NCBI GenBank assembly: GCA_024643625.1
Contig: JAHEMO010000001.1
Span: forward strand, 1-55,606
Reading direction: 5' to 3'
DNA from: Chitinophagaceae bacterium
Lineage (GTDB): Bacteria; Bacteroidota; Bacteroidia; Chitinophagales; Chitinophagaceae
DNA: 55,606 bases
Positions 9,674 through 18,670 of this stretch are shown here, in pieces (position 1 is the stretch's first letter; each line of letters opens with the position of its first letter). Both the position numbers and the translations under genes were made by a program. The notes beneath the pieces are model-generated. The model saw nothing but the letters and a program-made list of their open reading frames with translations, ran no database searches and had not been told where the DNA came from.

Positions 9674-10870
9674 TTGAGCATGCACCAACATGAAGGGCAG
9701 GGGCTGGCCGCGTACGAGCCTACATCGTTAGATAATTTTTTATGGTGGCTGAGCACCGCCGAGCCCGAGTTGATTCGCGATTGCGCGGTGGACAGAAACC
9801 GTTATCGCATAACCGGTGTGGTGGTACTGTGTACCTGGGTATTTGCCACCATGGCATGGACTTATTTTTTCAGTACGACCAATACCAACATGCTGGCCTA
9901 TCTGATGTTGGGCTTGTTTATGGGCTTTATTGTGCTCACTATCGACAGGGCGCTTATCAAGGGCATCAATGCTAAAAATAAAAGCAAAGCCGGGCCATTA
10001 ATTTTTCGGGGGATACTGGCGCTCACTATTGGGTTTTTTATGGCACAACCTGCAGTATTGTATTTGTTTGATGCCGAAGTGCGCATGCAGGCTAATATGG
10101 ATAACGAAGGCAGACGCAAGACTAAATTAGAGCAACTGCAAGCCATGTATGCGCCACAACAACAAACATTGGTAACTGAGCAGAAGCGTTTGGAAGATAT
10201 ACTGCAAACGTCAAATGCGGCGGTTGAAAAGGCACGCACCAACTATCTATCCGAGGCTGATGGTAGCGGCGGCACGGGCAAAGTGGGCATTAGCACTATT
10301 GCTCTGGCAAAACGTGTGGAGTATCAGAAACTCGATGAAGCCTACAAGCAATTGCAAACCGCTACGCAACCTCAGTTAGACTCGTTACAATTGTTGCAAA
10401 CCGCCATTAAAGACAGTATAACAGTGCAGGAAAAGAGATTTGCAGATTTACTCAATTTTGGTTTTCTCACCCGTATTGAGGCTCTGCAAAACCTAATCAA
10501 AAGCAACAATGCTGTAGCTTCCCGATACTACCTGATTATTTGCATTTTGATGCTTATTGAGCTCATGCCAGTAATAGCCAAAAGCATGTTGCCCGACGGG
10601 CCATATGCCGATATGATAAGACTTACCGAAGACAATGACCGCGAGAGACACCGCCGCAATATGCAGCATATCAATTCGCTTGGTGATTATTACAACCAAC
10701 GTTTATTGGATGCTGATAAGCAAGCCATCGATCATTTTTTTGAAACCACAAGGCAGGTGCGCGAAGCAAAAGTGGAAGAAGAAGCCATGCTTTGGCGCAA
10801 CGATCGATTCACTTCCTTTGATGGTTTTTGGCGCAAAATGAAACGCGAATGGATGGGGAGGATGGAGTAG
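9674..10870 (+). CDS. DUF4407-like membrane/coiled-coil protein
   Basis: Three N-terminal TM helices with IDR motif, coiled coil with EADGSGGTGKVG, GFLTRIEAL, C-terminal TM IELMPVIAK. Confidence 0.75.
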   Translation: MSMHQHEGQGLAAYEPTSLDNFLWWLSTAEPELIRDCAVDRNRYRITGVVVLCTWVFATMAWTYFFSTTNTNMLAYLMLGLFMGFIVLTIDRALIKGINAKNKSKAGPLIFRGILALTIGFFMAQPAVLYLFDAEVRMQANMDNEGRRKTKLEQLQAMYAPQQQTLVTEQKRLEDILQTSNAAVEKARTNYLSEADGSGGTGKVGISTIALAKRVEYQKLDEAYKQLQTATQPQLDSLQLLQTAIKDSITVQEKRFADLLNFGFLTRIEALQNLIKSNNAVASRYYLIICILMLIELMPVIAKSMLPDGPYADMIRLTEDNDRERHRRNMQHINSLGDYYNQRLLDADKQAIDHFFETTRQVREAKVEEEAMLWRNDRFTSFDGFWRKMKREWMGRME

Positions 10871-10873
10871 CGG

Positions 10874-10936
10874 GAAGTTTAAGGTGTGAAGTTTAAAGTT
10901 TAAGAATTCACTCCGACTGCCCACTGCCCCCAACTT
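10874..10936 (+). repeat. Degenerate heptamer tandem repeats
   Basis: gaagttt aaggtgt gaagttt aaagttt aagaatt followed by cactccg actgccc actgccc. Confidence 0.55.
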
Positions 10937-10975
10937 TAAGATTACCAAAATACCGCCCCACTTTACCTTCGCGGC

Positions 10976-11698
10976 ATGTCTAAAATCTTGCTTGCTGCAA
11001 CTTTGTTTGGCTTCCTACAAGTAGTGTCGTGTACGGCGCAGCCCTCCGAAAAGCTTTTAGCTCCGGCCGATTTTGATAAACGTTATAAAGGCGATACCGG
11101 AGCCCTGCTGCTAGATGTACGCACCATGAATGAAGTGAGCAGAGGCTATATTGCCGGTGCCAGCCATATTGATTTTTACAATAAGCAGTTTAAAGAGCAG
11201 GTTAATACCATCGACAAACAGCGTAGTGTGTATGTGTACTGTGGCTCGGGGGCCCGAAGCGCAGAGGCTGCCAGCATCATGCGTGAAATGGGATTTGCCA
11301 GCGTATACGAAATGGACGGCGGGCTAATAGCCTGGAAACTGCAAAATCTACCGCTAACCACACCCCTGGAGCAGGCAGCTTCTTCGGACGCCATAATGAG
11401 TGCTGAGGCTTTCAACGGCGCCATGCAAACTAATCCGCTGGTTCTTGTTGATTTTTATGCCCCATGGTGCGCCCCTTGTAAAATAATGAAACCTGCCCTG
11501 GATAGCATGATTACCAACATGCGCGACAGTGTATTGATACTTACGCTAAACGCAGATGATCATCTGCACCTTATGAAATCACTTTCTTTTAATAGCATAC
11601 CGCAGATACTCCTGTTTAAAAATGGCAAAGAGCAGCTGCGGCAATCTGGTTATATGTCGCGGCAGGACATGGAAGCGCTAGTAAGAAGGCATTACTGA
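10976..11698 (+). CDS. Rhodanese-thioredoxin fusion lipoprotein
   Basis: Lipobox VVSC; rhodanese LLDVRT...YCGSGARS; thioredoxin DFYAPWCAPCK. Confidence 0.88.
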   Translation: MSKILLAATLFGFLQVVSCTAQPSEKLLAPADFDKRYKGDTGALLLDVRTMNEVSRGYIAGASHIDFYNKQFKEQVNTIDKQRSVYVYCGSGARSAEAASIMREMGFASVYEMDGGLIAWKLQNLPLTTPLEQAASSDAIMSAEAFNGAMQTNPLVLVDFYAPWCAPCKIMKPALDSMITNMRDSVLILTLNADDHLHLMKSLSFNSIPQILLFKNGKEQLRQSGYMSRQDMEALVRRHY

Positions 11699-11720
11699 TA
11701 CCATACCCGAAAAAATTAAT

Positions 11721-12986
11721 ATGCATACTGAGAAACTGAGCAAGTTAGCCGATACTTTAATAGGCAGTGAGATTGTAAAATTGGGTAACCAAATAAGGGC
11801 CCGCATAGCAGCCGGTGATACTATTTATAATTTTACCGTTGGCGATTTTGATCCGCAGGTTTTTCCTATTCCTGTGGAACTTAAAGATGAAATTGTAAAA
11901 GCCTACGAGCAACATTTTACCAGCTATCCGCTGGCTGATGGCGAACTGGATTTACGACAGGCAGTATCAGCCTATTATACCAAACACCTCGGCTTTGATT
12001 ATACGCCAAACGAGATTCAGATTTCCTGCGGTGGCAGACCGCTTATCTACGCTATTTTCAGAACGATAGTAGATGAGGGTGATACCGTTATTTATGCCAA
12101 TCCATCGTGGAATAATAATCACTATACCCACATGACATGGGCAAAGCATTGTATGGTGCCTACTACACCGGAAAATGAGTTTATGCCAACGGCCGCCGAT
12201 ATAGCGCCCTATATACAGAACGCAGCGTTGCTTTGCTTATGCAGTCCGCAGAACCCAACAGGTACTATGCTGAATCCGGACGAGTTGCGCAAAATTTGCG
12301 CCATGGTAGTGGCGGAGAATGAACGGCGCGGACCCGATGAAAAGAAATTGTATGTGTTGTTCGATCAGATGTATTGGACATTGGTGTATGGCGATGCAGT
12401 TTTTGAAAACCCGGTGAGTGCAATGCCGGCTATGCGCAATTACACTGTTTTTGTGGATGGTATCAGCAAGTGTTTTGCAGCTACCGGTGTAAGAGTAGGC
12501 TGGTCTTTTGGCCCTGCTTTTATCATGGCGAAAATGAGAGCCATTCTTTCGCATGTGGGCGGATGGGCGCCAATGGCCGAGCAAAAAGCTGTGGCTAAAT
12601 TCCTGGGCAATCAGGCGGCGATAGATAACTACATGCCAACTTTTAAAGCATCGCTTTTGTATAGGCTGGAGGCGATATACAAAGGTTTAATGGCATTAAA
12701 AGATAAAGGCTATGCTGTAGATGCCATACAACCCAAAGCTGCCTTATATCTTACCATTCAAATTGATTTGGTTGGAAACAAAAAGCCCGACGGACAAGTA
12801 TTGACGAAGCAGTCGGATGTTACTGATTACTTATTGGAAAACGCCGGTCTGGCCATAGTGCCTTTCAGTGCATTTGGTGCCGATGCAGAAAATAGTTGGT
12901 ATCGCCTGAGTGTTGGAACCTGCAAAACAGAAGATATAGCCCCCATGCTGCAAAAATTGGAAACAGCCCTTGCACAATTAAGCTGA
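11721..12986 (+). CDS. PLP-dependent aminotransferase class I/II (aspartate aminotransferase-like)
   Basis: CSPQNPTG, FDQMY, DGISKCFAATGVRVGW (PLP lysine), YRLSVG. Confidence 0.9.
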   Translation: MHTEKLSKLADTLIGSEIVKLGNQIRARIAAGDTIYNFTVGDFDPQVFPIPVELKDEIVKAYEQHFTSYPLADGELDLRQAVSAYYTKHLGFDYTPNEIQISCGGRPLIYAIFRTIVDEGDTVIYANPSWNNNHYTHMTWAKHCMVPTTPENEFMPTAADIAPYIQNAALLCLCSPQNPTGTMLNPDELRKICAMVVAENERRGPDEKKLYVLFDQMYWTLVYGDAVFENPVSAMPAMRNYTVFVDGISKCFAATGVRVGWSFGPAFIMAKMRAILSHVGGWAPMAEQKAVAKFLGNQAAIDNYMPTFKASLLYRLEAIYKGLMALKDKGYAVDAIQPKAALYLTIQIDLVGNKKPDGQVLTKQSDVTDYLLENAGLAIVPFSAFGADAENSWYRLSVGTCKTEDIAPMLQKLETALAQLS

Positions 12987-14176
12987 TGATGATAAAACGA
13001 TTGGTTTGTGCCTTCCGGCTGCCGCTATGGGTTACAGCATTATTACTCTTTGTTTCGCCACTATCCATACAGGCACAGCAAGCTGGCAAAATAAAAGGCA
13101 AGCTGCCTCAGATTGCCTATAGTACCGGTGCAGACCGATTGGGAAGTGCTAAGATGGGGTATATTGATACCGGAATTATGGTACAATTGGTAGATACCAT
13201 TGATGCTACTTGTACAATCCGTTTAGCAGCCGGCAGAATTGCCTATCTCGATACCATGTTTATTGATTCTATCCATACTGCCGTAGCGCCTCCGCCGGCA
13301 CTGATGGAAGCGTGGCGAATAGCCGGTAGCGATAAGCAGGATAGTGTGTTCATCAATTTAAGTCGCAAGGTTATTTACAAATCGTGGATGGACAATAATC
13401 CCGCCACCCTACACATTGAATTATATAATGTGCAGAGCAATACCAATTGGATAAACAGGCTGAGTAGCGCCAAAGGCATCGCTTCGGCTAATTGGCAACA
13501 GGTGGCGGATGATATTGTGCGCATTGATATTGTACTGCATCAAAATCAACACCTCGGCTACAGTATTGGATATACCCCGGATAACAAGCTGCTGATAGTA
13601 ACCAAACGATTGCCGGAAAAACCACAACTGCGTGATATGCTCATAGCCATTGATGCCGGGCATGGCGGCACAAATGTTGGAGCTTCGGGAACCACTACAC
13701 GCATTCTGGAAAAGGATTATACGCTACGGTTTGCACAGGCATTTGAGAAGCAGCTGCAGGCAAAAAATATCTCCTATATCATGGTACGGTCTGCCGATAC
13801 TACTATTGATAACAAAGACCGCCTGCTTATGCTGCAGCCATGGCAGCCTGATGTGCTCATAAGCTTTCATCTTAATTCGGCAGGTCGGGAAAGTGCAAGG
13901 GGAGTGTCCACCTACTACAAGCATCTTGCCTTTCAGCCGCTTACAGGGTTTATTTTACAATCCCTGCTGGAGATACCTCAATTGCCGGAATTTGGTAACG
14001 TGGGCAGCTTCAATTTTCAGTTAGTACAGCCTGCCAATTACCCAAGTTGCCTTGTGGAAGTAGCATTTCTGAGTAATGCCCAAGACGAACAATTAATTCT
14101 TAGTGATGCTTTTCAGCAGCGGGTGGCCGCACAGGTGTACGAAGGCCTGATGAATTGGGTAAAGCAACTCAACTAA
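12986..14176 (+). CDS. N-acetylmuramoyl-L-alanine amidase (Amidase_3)
   Basis: IDAGHGG, EKD, ISFHLNS, LVEVAFLSN motifs and a signal peptide. ATG overlaps the upstream TGA (TGATG). Confidence 0.9.
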   Translation: MMIKRLVCAFRLPLWVTALLLFVSPLSIQAQQAGKIKGKLPQIAYSTGADRLGSAKMGYIDTGIMVQLVDTIDATCTIRLAAGRIAYLDTMFIDSIHTAVAPPPALMEAWRIAGSDKQDSVFINLSRKVIYKSWMDNNPATLHIELYNVQSNTNWINRLSSAKGIASANWQQVADDIVRIDIVLHQNQHLGYSIGYTPDNKLLIVTKRLPEKPQLRDMLIAIDAGHGGTNVGASGTTTRILEKDYTLRFAQAFEKQLQAKNISYIMVRSADTTIDNKDRLLMLQPWQPDVLISFHLNSAGRESARGVSTYYKHLAFQPLTGFILQSLLEIPQLPEFGNVGSFNFQLVQPANYPSCLVEVAFLSNAQDEQLILSDAFQQRVAAQVYEGLMNWVKQLN

Positions 14177-15465
14177 GCCTTTGCTATTTCGGCAAGGGCT
14201 TGCACAAGTTTATCCAAATCCTGCAGGCGCGTATATACATGTGGCGTTACTCTTACGCAGTGTATGTTTTCCCAGTTAATGCCCACAGCATGAATCTTGT
14301 ACCGGTTATAGAGAGCGCTATCAAGTTCTTCGGGTTTCATACCGTCAATACTTACACCGGCAATGGCGCAAGAGTAGGGTGCCTGCAGTGAGGTATGGAT
14401 ATTTACGCCCTTTATCTGGCTTGCTTTTTCTGCCCAATAATTTTTGAGGTATCTGATACGGTCTTCTTTTCTTTTGCTGCCAATGGCTTCATGAAAGTTA
14501 ATGGCTTCACCAATGGCTTGTTCTATGCAAAAGCTACGTGTACCCAGGGTTTCAAACTTGCGAATGTTTTTGCCATTGGGCTCGCTGTTACAAAGTAAGG
14601 GCCATATTTTTTCAATTTTATCCTGCTTTATCCAAAGCATGCCACTGCCAACCGGGGCGCTGAGAAACTTGTGCAGTGATGTGCCGAAATAATCGCAGCC
14701 GAGTTGCGGAATGCCAAAATCGAGCAGCCCAAAACTATGGGCACCATCAACCAGCGTTTCGATACCTTTTTGCCTGGCCATGGCGCATAATTTTTGCACA
14801 GGCAATATTTGTCCCACCCAATTAATAATATGGGTGATATGCAGCAATTTGGTTTTACTGGTAATGGCTTTTTCAAAAGCGGCAACAATGGCATCATCCT
14901 CCTCCATAGGAAAATTGAAGGATAGCTGCTTGTACACAATCCCTTCGCGCAATTGGCGCTGGCGCCATGCCTGAATCATGTTGGGGTAATCCTGCAGGGT
15001 GCCAATTACCTCGTCGCCTTTTTGGAGTGGAAGACCAAATATGACCGTGTTCAGGGCCTCGGTGGCGTTGCGGTTAATCGCAATTTCTTCCGCATCACAA
15101 TTAGCCAAAATTGCCAGGCGTTGGCGCAGCGGTTCGCGCCCCTGGTCTAATTGCCGCCACATGTAGTACGAGGGGCCCTGACTGGCCAGATCGTTGTAAC
15201 GTTTCAAAGCTTCCTGCACCACAATAGGCTGTGGGCTTACCCCTCCATTATTTAGGTTAATGATGTTGCCGTTTGCTGTATACCCCTGCTGTATAATTTG
15301 CCAATAGTCTTCATTGGTTACCACATCAGATGCAGAAACTCCTGCTGCTAGTTGGTTGGCCCTTTGCCAGTTATCTTGCTGCGTTTGGGCAAATATGGAC
15401 TGCGATCCAAAGGCCCCGGCACTTGCCAGCCCTATCTGTTGTATAAATTTTCTGCGGTTTGCCAT
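14173..15465 (-). CDS. Tat-exported PLP-dependent aminotransferase class V (isopenicillin-N epimerase/cysteine desulfurase-like fold)
   Basis: MANRRKFIQQ twin-arginine signal from ATG 15465; LNNGGVSP, NATEALN, LVDGAH, GTSLHKFLSAP. Confidence 0.88.
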   Translation of the reverse strand: MANRRKFIQQIGLASAGAFGSQSIFAQTQQDNWQRANQLAAGVSASDVVTNEDYWQIIQQGYTANGNIINLNNGGVSPQPIVVQEALKRYNDLASQGPSYYMWRQLDQGREPLRQRLAILANCDAEEIAINRNATEALNTVIFGLPLQKGDEVIGTLQDYPNMIQAWRQRQLREGIVYKQLSFNFPMEEDDAIVAAFEKAITSKTKLLHITHIINWVGQILPVQKLCAMARQKGIETLVDGAHSFGLLDFGIPQLGCDYFGTSLHKFLSAPVGSGMLWIKQDKIEKIWPLLCNSEPNGKNIRKFETLGTRSFCIEQAIGEAINFHEAIGSKRKEDRIRYLKNYWAEKASQIKGVNIHTSLQAPYSCAIAGVSIDGMKPEELDSALYNRYKIHAVGINWENIHCVRVTPHVYTRLQDLDKLVQALAEIAKA

Positions 15466-15655
15466 GGCTTGTATTGAACAAGCAATATACAGCACTGTTT
15501 GGCTGTAAGGTTTGATCTTTAGTATCGGGCCGATGGCAAAGTTTTCCCTTAGTTTACATGATATACATCGCATCATCATTAGCGCGGCTTTCTTATATTG
15601 CTTGCCCCTTTGTGCCGCAGGGTGCTTAACTGTATTTTCACGCGAAGCCTTAGTT

Positions 15656-17239
15656 ATGCCAGATTTGAAGACTTTTGATACTTACCATTCGTCGCCTACC
15701 TTATCGCAGAGTGCTTTTCCTCCTCCTGGAAGTGAGGAAGAGAAAGAGATATTCAGGCGTATGCAGGCAAGTTTCCCCGGGCAGTATGAATTCAGTTTTC
15801 CGGATAAACTGGCGCCGAAAACTGTGGTGATTATTCCCAGCCTCACCCTTGATCAGGAAATATTAGCCAAGATTGACGGTATTGTGCATTACGAAGAGCG
15901 CATGTTGTGCATGCTGCTGTTGCTGCGCATGCCACGTACCCATATCATTTTTGTAAGCAGCACCACTATCGATCCGGTGATTATTGATTATTATCTGCAT
16001 TTGCTTCCCGGCATTACCGGCTATCATGCCCGACAGCGGTTGCAATTGTTGAGTTGTTATGACTCTTCACCTTTATCGCTTACGCAAAAAATATTGGAAA
16101 GGCCAAGGCTCATCAAGCGTATTAAGGAATGCATTCCACACGACCATGTGGCCCATATTGCTTTTTTTAATACCACGCCTTATGAAAGAACACTGGCAGT
16201 AAGACTTGGTGTACCCATTTTTGGATGCGACCCCGACTTGGTAGATCTGGGAAACAAAAGCCAGGGACGAAAACTTTTTAAGGCGGCCGGATTGCAGGTT
16301 CCGCAAGGCTTTGAAGACCTGAAAGACCGTGCAGAAGTGGCCAAAGCCCTCGCTGCGCTGAAGGAAGCGAAACCTAAAATGCGAAAAGCCGTTGTGAAGA
16401 TGAACGATGGATTTTCGGGCGAAGGCAATGCCATTTATTATTACCCCGATACAAAAGCAGATTGTACCTACAGCAAGATTCTGGAGAATCTTCCCCAACA
16501 GTTGAAGGTGGTGGCACCCGATCTTAACTATGAAAAATTCATGCAGCATTTTGAAAGCATGGAGGGTATTGTTGAGGAATTTATCGATGGAGAAAAAAAG
16601 GAATCGCCAAGTGTGCAGGGCGTCATAAATCCGCTGGGAAGGTGTCAGGTGTTAAGTACACACGATCAATTGCTTGGCGGCGAAGGTGGCCAGGTTTTTT
16701 TGGGCGCATACTTTCCCGCACGTCCTGCCTATGCAGGAGCGTTGGGGGTAAAAACCATGGAGTTATGTGAGTTGCTGAAGAAGCAAGGGGTGCTCGGCCG
16801 CTTTGGTGTAGATTTTCTTTCTGTAAAAACAGATGAGGGATGGGACCATTTTGCCATTGAAATTAACCTGCGTAAGGGCGGTACCACGCATCCTTTCCTG
16901 ATGTTGCAGTTTCTTACCGAAGGCAATTACAATGCAGAAACCGGTGAATACCTGATGCAAAATGGCAGGCCTCGTTTTTATTTCAGCAGCGACAATCTGG
17001 TAGACGATTGTTTTAAAGGGCTAACACCGCACGACCTGATAGATATTGCCATGGACAATGAAATAATGTTTAATGGCGCCACGCAGGAGGGTGTAATGTT
17101 TCATTTGATTGGCGCATTAAGCCAATATGGAAAATTGGGGGTGGTATGTATTGCCAACTCGCCCAAAAAGGCCATTGCCTATTATCAAAAAACGGTGGAA
17201 GTGCTCAAACGGGAAGGGGGCAAAAAGCCCTTCCGGTAA
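15656..17239 (+). CDS. PGM1 (pheganomycin ligase)-related ATP-grasp peptide ligase
   Basis: VVIIPSL...HYEERML pre-ATP-grasp, VVKMNDGFSGEGNA, VEEFI, SPSVQ, STHDQLLGG, GRFGVDF, EINLRKGGTTHP. ATG 15656 preferred over the upstream extension. Confidence 0.85.
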   Translation: MPDLKTFDTYHSSPTLSQSAFPPPGSEEEKEIFRRMQASFPGQYEFSFPDKLAPKTVVIIPSLTLDQEILAKIDGIVHYEERMLCMLLLLRMPRTHIIFVSSTTIDPVIIDYYLHLLPGITGYHARQRLQLLSCYDSSPLSLTQKILERPRLIKRIKECIPHDHVAHIAFFNTTPYERTLAVRLGVPIFGCDPDLVDLGNKSQGRKLFKAAGLQVPQGFEDLKDRAEVAKALAALKEAKPKMRKAVVKMNDGFSGEGNAIYYYPDTKADCTYSKILENLPQQLKVVAPDLNYEKFMQHFESMEGIVEEFIDGEKKESPSVQGVINPLGRCQVLSTHDQLLGGEGGQVFLGAYFPARPAYAGALGVKTMELCELLKKQGVLGRFGVDFLSVKTDEGWDHFAIEINLRKGGTTHPFLMLQFLTEGNYNAETGEYLMQNGRPRFYFSSDNLVDDCFKGLTPHDLIDIAMDNEIMFNGATQEGVMFHLIGALSQYGKLGVVCIANSPKKAIAYYQKTVEVLKREGGKKPFR

Positions 17240-17255
17240 AGTGATAAATACTTTT

Positions 17256-17297
17256 AAAAAACAGGCCGCTATCTTTCGATAGCGGCCACTGTTTTTT
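17256..17297. terminator. Bidirectional intrinsic terminator
   Basis: A-run, GGCCGCTATC-tttc-GATAGCGGCC perfect 10-bp stem, T-run. Confidence 0.85.
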
Positions 17298-17365
17298 GAA
17301 TCACACACCCACCATTTTGAAAAGTACTTCATGTAAAAGTACTGCAGCTAATCAGTGATTAATTG
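17256..17365 (-). ncRNA. Candidate small RNA 1
   Basis: Promoter-like CATATTTG (minus, 17378-17371), conserved GGGUGUGUGAUUCAAA, then the terminator. No credible ORF ends before the terminator. Confidence 0.4.
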
Positions 17366-17491
17366 CAATGCAAATATGGTATTTCGTGCATAGTTTGCAT
17401 GGGACATTTGGCGCAATTCAATGTTGCAACTAACAAATCTATTTCTTTAACATTACTTTGCACACCTGTTTAGTGAGGATTATAATTGGCC

Positions 17492-17625
17492 ATAAAAAAC
17501 GGGTTACTTCCCATGTGCCGGTAAAAACCAGCCTTTGGGTTTGAGTATCCCGCTTTTTATTTGAATCACACACCCGTCACACAGTGTCCTCACAAGAATG
17601 CATGGCCAGAGATGACATGAATGCA
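17492..17625 (-). ncRNA. Candidate small RNA 2 (paralog of sRNA 1)
   Basis: Same 16-nt motif (plus 17560-17575) followed on the minus strand by a long hairpin (GCGGGAUACU...AGUAACCCGU) and a U-tract; promoter-like GATATTTG upstream. Confidence 0.4.
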
Positions 17626-17797
17626 GAACAAATATCAAATGCAGAAAACAATTAGAGTGTAACCTTTGGGACAAAATCTGCGTTGGGCCTTCGAAATTGA
17701 AGAATGCCTGACTCATTTAGCTGAATGCTTACTGCGCATCGCATTATTCTGGCTCCTTGTATAACCTTCAGGTAAGCCTTTAGCATCACTAAATTGA

Positions 17798-18439
17798 CTA
17801 ATCGTGTTGGCCCGAGCGAATCCTCGAAAGACTTTTACGGCTGATACCCAGGTAGGACGCTAGCTGGCTAAGTGGAATATTTTGTACCAATTGCGGTTCA
17901 TGCGTGAGCAAGTGGTGATACCGTTCCGATGGGCTTTTTGCTTTGAGCATTTCGCTATGTTCTTCTTCCTCTTTGAATTTTTCAGCAAAAAATGCCATGG
18001 TGGCAAGGGTTAGCGGGTGTGAATTTTCAATCATGGGAAGGTAATCCGGTCTCTTTCCTACCAGCAAAATACTTGGAGTCATACAAACAAGGTTGCGGGT
18101 GGAGCTGGATGCGGTTCGCAAGCTGTGAAATTCACTGGCTATATCGTTTTGAAAATAGAAGTGTAGATTGACATCCTTGCCATCTTCAAGGGTATAGCAT
18201 CTTAGCACTCCCTTCAGTACAAAGAAGAGCTGCTGGCAAACCTCGCCTTGTCTAACCAATATTTCATTGCGGTTAGCTTTCACTATTTGGAATGTATTGA
18301 TAAAATCCATCCATTCATCCCAGTTCAGATTTTCGGCGTGAAGCTTATTTACCCGATGATATAGCATAGCTGCTAATTCTGGTCTTATTTGTCCGTATTG
18401 CTTTTCTATGTCGGCGGTGGCAGCACTTCTTACGGTCAT
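17798..18439 (-). CDS. Crp/Fnr-family transcriptional regulator (Bacteroidota type)
   Basis: cNMP-binding fold (QGEVCQQLFFVLKGVLR) and C-terminal HTH ERY..LL...IPLSQLASYLGISRKSLSRIR. Confidence 0.9.
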   Translation of the reverse strand: MTVRSAATADIEKQYGQIRPELAAMLYHRVNKLHAENLNWDEWMDFINTFQIVKANRNEILVRQGEVCQQLFFVLKGVLRCYTLEDGKDVNLHFYFQNDIASEFHSLRTASSSTRNLVCMTPSILLVGKRPDYLPMIENSHPLTLATMAFFAEKFKEEEEHSEMLKAKSPSERYHHLLTHEPQLVQNIPLSQLASYLGISRKSLSRIRSGQHD

Positions 18440-18670
18440 ACTTGCTTATGTTTTGCAATTGAAAGGTCTGAAAAATAGCAATTGAAAACAGAAATGTTGA
18501 ATGTTTTGCTTCTTGTGCGTGCAAGAAAGAGGGTACGGGTGACTTATAGACCGGTCAAACCCAAATTATAGCTATGGCAAAAGGCCAGAGGCGCAGGACT
18601 CTATTTTCATCACCGAATGGCTGTATGGAACTTGCTACCACATCATGTTGCTGCTATACTCGAAAAATTT

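Noticed and set aside
15466-15655. Overlapping N-terminal extensions of the PLP enzyme and the PGM1-like ligase
   Set aside because: The Tat signal and domain starts indicate ATG 15465 (-) and 15656 (+); the gap is a divergent promoter region.
17295-17575. CRISPR array or att sites from the 16-nt repeat
   Set aside because: Only two copies 265 nt apart, with no cas or integrase gene.
17117-17716. Minus-strand ORFs of 71 aa and 70 aa over the repeated motif
   Set aside because: They read the shared motif in different frames (WVCDSK vs GCVIQ) and run into or through terminator hairpins, so the conservation is at nucleotide level.
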